This document shows positions 58,910 to 64,000 of a stretch of 64,000 nt of DNA, one piece after another; positions within the stretch are counted from its first letter, which is position 1, and every line of letters begins with the position of its first letter. A model generated the notes under the pieces. That model was not told the origin of the DNA and searched no databases. It saw only the letters and a list, made by a program, of their open reading frames with translations. The stretch lies in IMG/VR virus record IMGVR_UViG_3300025154_001556; one strand, given 5' to 3'. The DNA comes from a virus (lineage: Duplodnaviria > Caudoviricetes). Position numbers and translations under genes: made by a program.

Positions 58910-61900
58910 TTAGCCTATATTCCTATTAGCATACACTAGTGTCATTAAACGTTTTAATTGCCCATCAATAGATGTTAGTTCAAACTTTAATTTACTAATG
59001 TCGGTCCTTTGCCTATTTATATAAGAGTCAATTAATTTTGAATTATTATTCAAAATATCTTTTTTAACTTCCGCAATTCGTACATTTATCTCAGCCTGTA
59101 CATCCTTTCCAAAAGATTCCTGTAAATTAGTTAACTTAGAATCTATTATGTGTATTTGTTCATCAGTTTGCTCTTTAACAAAAGCTATACTTTCTAATGC
59201 GGTATCTAAAATTGTACTATCAGCACCTACGGATTTAGTATTATTTATGGAGTCCGCCAGGTTCTTAAACATAGTTTCTAGATTAGATGTATCTAGTTTA
59301 ACGTTTGAAGAATCCAAAGATATCTTATCTGGTATACTACTTATTACAGAAGTTAGTTTATCAGTAATACCGTTATCGTCCAATTTAACATCAAATACTT
59401 TATCCTCTACTTTTAAGGGAGCTATATCAGCCAACTTTAACTCTTTGTCCTCTACACGTAATACTCTATCTTCTACCTGTAATTTTTTACTTTCATCCCA
59501 AGTAAGTGTAATACTTTTTTGTTGGGCATTAGTAATTGTATTGGTAGTAAGTTCACTATTAACAAGGCCACCATCAGCAAAGCGTCTTGGCAATACTACC
59601 TCACCTTTCTCTAAATAATGAGGACCAGTAGATCTCGTTACGCCGCCGTCATGCATAATAGGCATGAATCTTCCACCTTCAAGTTGCTTATTACCTTTAA
59701 AAGTGTCGCTTAAAAGATTACTATTTTCATCTAAATTACGTGTCTTTAAATAGTCCTCAATAATAGTTTTAACACGTGCGCTGTCACCTTCACTAATACT
59801 CTTAACGGCCAGAGCTCTAAATTCATTTGTTGTTAATAAACCCTCCAACTCTTTTGGCATGTTTTGTTTGGCTGCCAAATTACCGGCATAATTCCAAAAT
59901 GTGCCCTCATCAGTTTCACTAATTTTAGCACCGCCCATAGGCAACATTGCATCTAATTTACCAGTATCCCTAAGTCCTATAACCCTTCCTATATTGGAGG
60001 TTAAGGCTATACGATCCTCTACATCAGCAAGTACGTGTCTTAACGCCCGGAGCGCCGGACTGTTTTGTAATGTATTACCAGATGTAACTAATTTATCAAA
60101 TTTATTTAATGACTGTCTAGCTTGCCATACATATTCTTCCGGAAGATAGCCAGCATTAGGCTTACCTGTCTCTTTATCAATACCATGGGATAAGGCATTA
60201 CGCATGATAGTTGGATCTTCAAGATAATTTCTAAGTTGCTCTACTTCTGGATAAGCTGGGCCTGCTGCTGCGGTCATACTTGACATCTTAGCACCTTTAT
60301 ATAAGTAGTTAGGTGTAAAAGTCATAGTATTTGTTTGTTTTTCGGTGCCCACATCATTTGCTGCTAAACGTCTAACGTTTTCCTTTATATCTCGCGTGGC
60401 AGTAAAATACTCTTCGGCGGCGCCCACTCTTCCTGCATTGTAAGATTCACCAAAAGTAGTTTTTCTTTCTGCCATTTGAGTCATAAGTTGTTGTTCTTCA
60501 GAAGACACTCTTGAAGTAGTAGCTCCTAATAAGTCTTCAGTTTTAACTCCTTTTCTTAATTGTTCCTCTTCATTTAAAACTGAGGCCCTTGCTTTAGCCA
60601 GAGTTAATACCTCCTTCTCTGTAAACATGGGTATACTACCGCCGTCAGCCAGGTTATTTTCCTTCATGATGGCTTCTAGTTGTTTTCTGCGCTTGGTAAG
60701 GATGTCCTGTGCGCCGGACGCAGAAAACACGTTGCCGCCGTCAGCCAGGTTATTTTCCTTCATGATGGCTTCTAGTTGTTTTCTGCGCTTGGTAAGGATG
60801 TCCTGTGCGCCGGACGCAGAAAACACGTTGCCGCCGTCAGCCAGGCCTGGCATAATACCTTTTTTATTTATATAGTCCAGGGTATCATAACCAAGTTTCT
60901 GGGCCGCATGGGCGCGTATTACGTATTCTCCTGGACTAAGCATAGCCGGAACTTTATCCTCTCTTGGACCACCAGGACCTGTAATGTAACCCCCGCGAGC
61001 CTTAACAAGAGGTGTAGCAGCATCGACAGCAGTAGTCTCTGTCGGTTTATCCTTTAAAGCTTTATTTAACTCTTGTAGTTGAGTTGTATTATTATAAAGT
61101 GCCTCTATTTGTGCTTTAAAATAAGCGTCATCCGCTAAGTGTAGGTTCTCCAAATCAGGCAAATTCAGCGAGGGTTTTTCAAATAAATCACCACGTGATG
61201 CAGCATCCTTCTCTGCCTTAGTTAGTAGGTCATTGGTTTCTTTTAAAGACATGAGGTAGTCTGCTTTTGGGGCAGCAAAATTGTACCCTTCTACCCCAGC
61301 ACCAACTGCTAATGGGGCCGCAGTCAAAAGTGTTGCAGCCTGGGGCCCCATAAAAAATTCAGCAAGCAGGGCTATATCAGGTCCCATAGCAGCCAGAGCA
61401 GATGCACCTAAACTTAAAGTACCTTTTGAAACAAAATCCTTAGTTGGGGTATCTGTAAAAACAGATGGTTTATTACGCGCATTTTGACGTTCTTGTTCAC
61501 TAATAAACATGGCCTGTCCAGCTGCAAATTGGTTTATCCTTGCTTTTATTATTGGATCGTTAACATCAAAACCTTGTTGCTCAGCCATTTTTGTACCAAT
61601 AAATGTAGCTTTTTCTTTAACAGCTTTTTCTTGCGCTACACCAGGAGGAACTATATTAATATCCTTAATGGCAGCACCTACTGCCCTGCTGGTTAAATTA
61701 ACAATAGCATTGCCTAATGCATTGTTATATTCTACAAACTTTGGTATAACTCTACCTAATTCTATAACCAAATTCCCCGTAGGCACAGAAAGAGCATCCA
61801 AGGCTTTGTTAGCGGCCACTAAACCAGCCATAGAATTTTGTTCCACTTCACTTACATATTTTTGTACAGGCGATTGAAATTTTGCTGTTTCTAGGGTTGG

Positions 61901-64000
61901 AAGTAGTTTATCTGTTTCTCCAGGAGTTTTAAATAGCTGTCTTAACTCCGAGGAGGGAACGCCTAGTTTTTCAGCTAATGTTTCTAAGATCTTTTGTATG
62001 TTAATCAATTCTTTAACCACAGGATCAGAGTTCATTAGAGTTTTTTCAAGGTCATGTTGTATTCTTGCAAAGCCCTCTTTTACTTCTGGTGTTATTGCCA
62101 CCGCTCTGGTGCTTTCAGCCATACCACCAAATTGAGACATGTATCTCTGGTATTCTATGGTTCCTTCCCCATACTGGGCTTTGGCTTTTTCTTTTACTGC
62201 TCCAATAGTAGTTTCTGATTTTATGAAGGTCGCTTGAGAATTTTTAAGTTCCTCTAATTGTTTTAAAGACCCAGCATAGTAAGCTTTTGTGCCGGCATCT
62301 TCATTACCAAATGATATTCTTTCAATTAAAGTATCTTCCATGGAATTTATGGCATTAACCATAGTGTCTAAACCTTGAAATTGCTTAACCAAATCTTGTT
62401 CTTCACGTACCCTAGCCTTTTCCTGTGGCATATGGGTTATTTGGTCAATAACTTTCTGAAGATCATTACCTTTAAGATTGCCAGAAAATAGTTGTGTATA
62501 TAAATCAGCTGTTCTTATTTCAAATTCATCAGCAAATTTGCTTAAAGATATACCACCACCCATTAAAGCATCTATTTGCTGTGTAGGTGTGACCATTCTT
62601 TTAGCAAAAGGACCGCTAGCACCAACCAGGGAATCCATGGCCAATTTAAGATTTCTAGTACCTTCTAATCCGGCACTAAAACCCTGTACGCTTAAAGATT
62701 TAAAACTTTCATTAAATACGCGTAGACTTTTACCTGTATCAAACACGGTTTGCGTTATACTGCCTAAGGATTCCATACTATTTTTAAGGGTTTCGAAGTC
62801 TTCTGTTAAATCAGACGTCTCATCACTTAATTTTAATATTTCATCTTTATATGCCTTAGTTTGATTGGTCTCTTTATCGCCGGCATCTAACAGCTTTAAT
62901 CTGATATCTGTTATTAATTGCTCTCTATCTGCTATTTTTTTACTTACATTTTCTGTTAGAGCTTGTGCCGATTTTAGTTGATCTATCGTGTTTTTTGTAG
63001 TTCCTTGTGATGATTTAAAAAAGTATTCTTGATCACTTAATTCGGCGTCTTTACGTTTAAATTGCAAATCACCTCTAAAACCAGATAATTCAGGATTCAT
63101 GGCAGCAGTCATTGACGTTTTAGATTGAGAAATTGATCTAGTTATACTAGAAAAATCTTCAACTAATTCGGTATTAGCCCGTTCAGATCTAGCCTTCTTA
63201 AAGGTCCCTTCAATTATTACAGGCTCTAAATCTATTTTTATATTCTTTATTTTAGAAACTTGTCCTTTTATAGCATGTTCGTACTCGTCTATTAAAATAT
63301 CCACATTTTTAAACCGCTTCTTTTCTTTACTACTTAACCCTACTGTTTTATCCAAAGCGTCTAATTCTTGTTTTTCAATATAGAGTTCAGTAAGCTTAGA
63401 CTGCATAAGATCTGTTTTACTTTGGGCCTTTTCTAATGCTTTAAAAGAAGTTTCTGCCTTTTGGTATTTATTTATTGTAAATACTTTTTCAAGTTTAACA
63501 CCTTTTCTAGGATCTTGTATAGAAGCCAAACTATTTATAAAGGTGGCCACTGATTCAAAATTAAGGTCCTTAGCAAAAAAATCTAGATCAGTGAAAAGTC
63601 TTCCTAGATTAGTAAAAAAGTTTTTACCTACCTCTGAAAGATTTTTAGCTTTTGATACCAGCTCCTTATCTTTAAATAGCAGATATTGTTCTGTTGTCAT
63701 ATCCCGTGTACTTCTAACACCTAAGTCAACTTGGGGTGGATTATACTTACCTCCTAATAAACCACCAGGTTGAGGTACAGCGAAATTACTGGACCAAAAA
63801 GATGGCCTAACAAAACTTTTTACACCGTAAGTCATGGACTCTTCCACTAATTTACTAAACCTATTTTTAGCATTTGCTGTTATTTCTACATTGGATATAG
63901 CGGCAGCCATATCATTTAATTCCTTTTCTAATTCTTCAGCCATTTCAAGTTTAAGCATCTGTTCTTGCATATCAGCGGCCTGTTTGTTTATGACTTGCGC
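58910..64000 (-). CDS. Tape-measure-like protein (5' partial)
   Basis: Long helical A/K/E/L-rich ORF. Motif GGYITGPGGPREDKVPAMLSPGEYVIRA and several (F/L)ADGG motifs are typical of tape-measure C-termini. The frame stays open from 63970 to 64000 (AQVINKQAAD-M). Confidence 0.75.
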   Translation of the reverse strand, partial: AQVINKQAADMQEQMLKLEMAEELEKELNDMAAAISNVEITANAKNRFSKLVEESMTYGVKSFVRPSFWSSNFAVPQPGGLLGGKYNPPQVDLGVRSTRDMTTEQYLLFKDKELVSKAKNLSEVGKNFFTNLGRLFTDLDFFAKDLNFESVATFINSLASIQDPRKGVKLEKVFTINKYQKAETSFKALEKAQSKTDLMQSKLTELYIEKQELDALDKTVGLSSKEKKRFKNVDILIDEYEHAIKGQVSKIKNIKIDLEPVIIEGTFKKARSERANTELVEDFSSITRSISQSKTSMTAAMNPELSGFRGDLQFKRKDAELSDQEYFFKSSQGTTKNTIDQLKSAQALTENVSKKIADREQLITDIRLKLLDAGDKETNQTKAYKDEILKLSDETSDLTEDFETLKNSMESLGSITQTVFDTGKSLRVFNESFKSLSVQGFSAGLEGTRNLKLAMDSLVGASGPFAKRMVTPTQQIDALMGGGISLSKFADEFEIRTADLYTQLFSGNLKGNDLQKVIDQITHMPQEKARVREEQDLVKQFQGLDTMVNAINSMEDTLIERISFGNEDAGTKAYYAGSLKQLEELKNSQATFIKSETTIGAVKEKAKAQYGEGTIEYQRYMSQFGGMAESTRAVAITPEVKEGFARIQHDLEKTLMNSDPVVKELINIQKILETLAEKLGVPSSELRQLFKTPGETDKLLPTLETAKFQSPVQKYVSEVEQNSMAGLVAANKALDALSVPTGNLVIELGRVIPKFVEYNNALGNAIVNLTSRAVGAAIKDINIVPPGVAQEKAVKEKATFIGTKMAEQQGFDVNDPIIKARINQFAAGQAMFISEQERQNARNKPSVFTDTPTKDFVSKGTLSLGASALAAMGPDIALLAEFFMGPQAATLLTAAPLAVGAGVEGYNFAAPKADYLMSLKETNDLLTKAEKDAASRGDLFEKPSLNLPDLENLHLADDAYFKAQIEALYNNTTQLQELNKALKDKPTETTAVDAATPLVKARGGYITGPGGPREDKVPAMLSPGEYVIRAHAAQKLGYDTLDYINKKGIMPGLADGGNVFSASGAQDILTKRRKQLEAIMKENNLADGGNVFSASGAQDILTKRRKQLEAIMKENNLADGGSIPMFTEKEVLTLAKARASVLNEEEQLRKGVKTEDLLGATTSRVSSEEQQLMTQMAERKTTFGESYNAGRVGAAEEYFTATRDIKENVRRLAANDVGTEKQTNTMTFTPNYLYKGAKMSSMTAAAGPAYPEVEQLRNYLEDPTIMRNALSHGIDKETGKPNAGYLPEEYVWQARQSLNKFDKLVTSGNTLQNSPALRALRHVLADVEDRIALTSNIGRVIGLRDTGKLDAMLPMGGAKISETDEGTFWNYAGNLAAKQNMPKELEGLLTTNEFRALAVKSISEGDSARVKTIIEDYLKTRNLDENSNLLSDTFKGNKQLEGGRFMPIMHDGGVTRSTGPHYLEKGEVVLPRRFADGGLVNSELTTNTITNAQQKSITLTWDESKKLQVEDRVLRVEDKELKLADIAPLKVEDKVFDVKLDDNGITDKLTSVISSIPDKISLDSSNVKLDTSNLETMFKNLADSINNTKSVGADSTILDTALESIAFVKEQTDEQIHIIDSKLTNLQESFGKDVQAEINVRIAEVKKDILNNNSKLIDSYINRQRTDISKLKFELTSIDGQLKRLMTLVYANRNIG
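60639..60845. repeat. Perfect 96-bp in-frame tandem duplication (~2.2 copies)
   Basis: Units start at 60639, 60735 and 60831; they encode LADGGNVFSASGAQDILTKRRKQLEAIMKENN twice plus LADGG. Confidence 0.95.

Noticed and set aside
60639-60845. CRISPR-like repeat
   Set aside because: Contiguous, in-frame, spacer-less duplication inside a coding region.
59148-63773. Several plus-strand ORFs of 68-156 aa
   Set aside because: Antisense shadows of the tape-measure gene; no convincing RBS or motifs.
1-64000. Stop-codon reassignment, diversity-generating retroelement, tRNA genes
   Set aside because: Long ORFs are uninterrupted in code 11; no reverse transcriptase or template/variable repeat pair seen; intergenic gaps are too short or lack cloverleafs.

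Overview
AT-rich fragment of a large, probably jumbo-class, tailed bacteriophage genome. Every credible gene lies on the minus strand and they are tightly packed, with bacterial GGAG-type RBSs and sigma70-like promoters. In transcription order (right to left) there are three modules. (1) ~64.0-23.2 kb: virion module with a tape-measure-like protein (5' end outside the window), putative tail/baseplate genes, a free-standing HNH endonuclease, a trio of paralogous Ig(Big-1)/lectin-like proteins and very large carbohydrate-binding/beta-propeller proteins. (2) ~23.1-13.2 kb: tandem sigma70 promoters driving a bacterial-style replication/recombination block (dnaN, recA, dnaB, dnaG, ssb, dnaJ, RuvC-like and PD-(D/E)XK nucleases); thyX and a dnaX-like clamp loader lie further left, the latter missed by the ORF track. 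(3) ~12.8-0.9 kb: a 12-gene glycan-building set (5 glycosyltransferases, 3 SAM methyltransferases, 2 sulfotransferases, a UDP-sulfoquinovose synthase homologue and a degenerate KdsC-like HAD). The first glycosyltransferase is split by a 264-nt group I intron that sits just downstream of a broken HNH gene. All product calls come from motif recognition by eye; no database searches were run. No tRNA, rRNA or CRISPR array was recognised.
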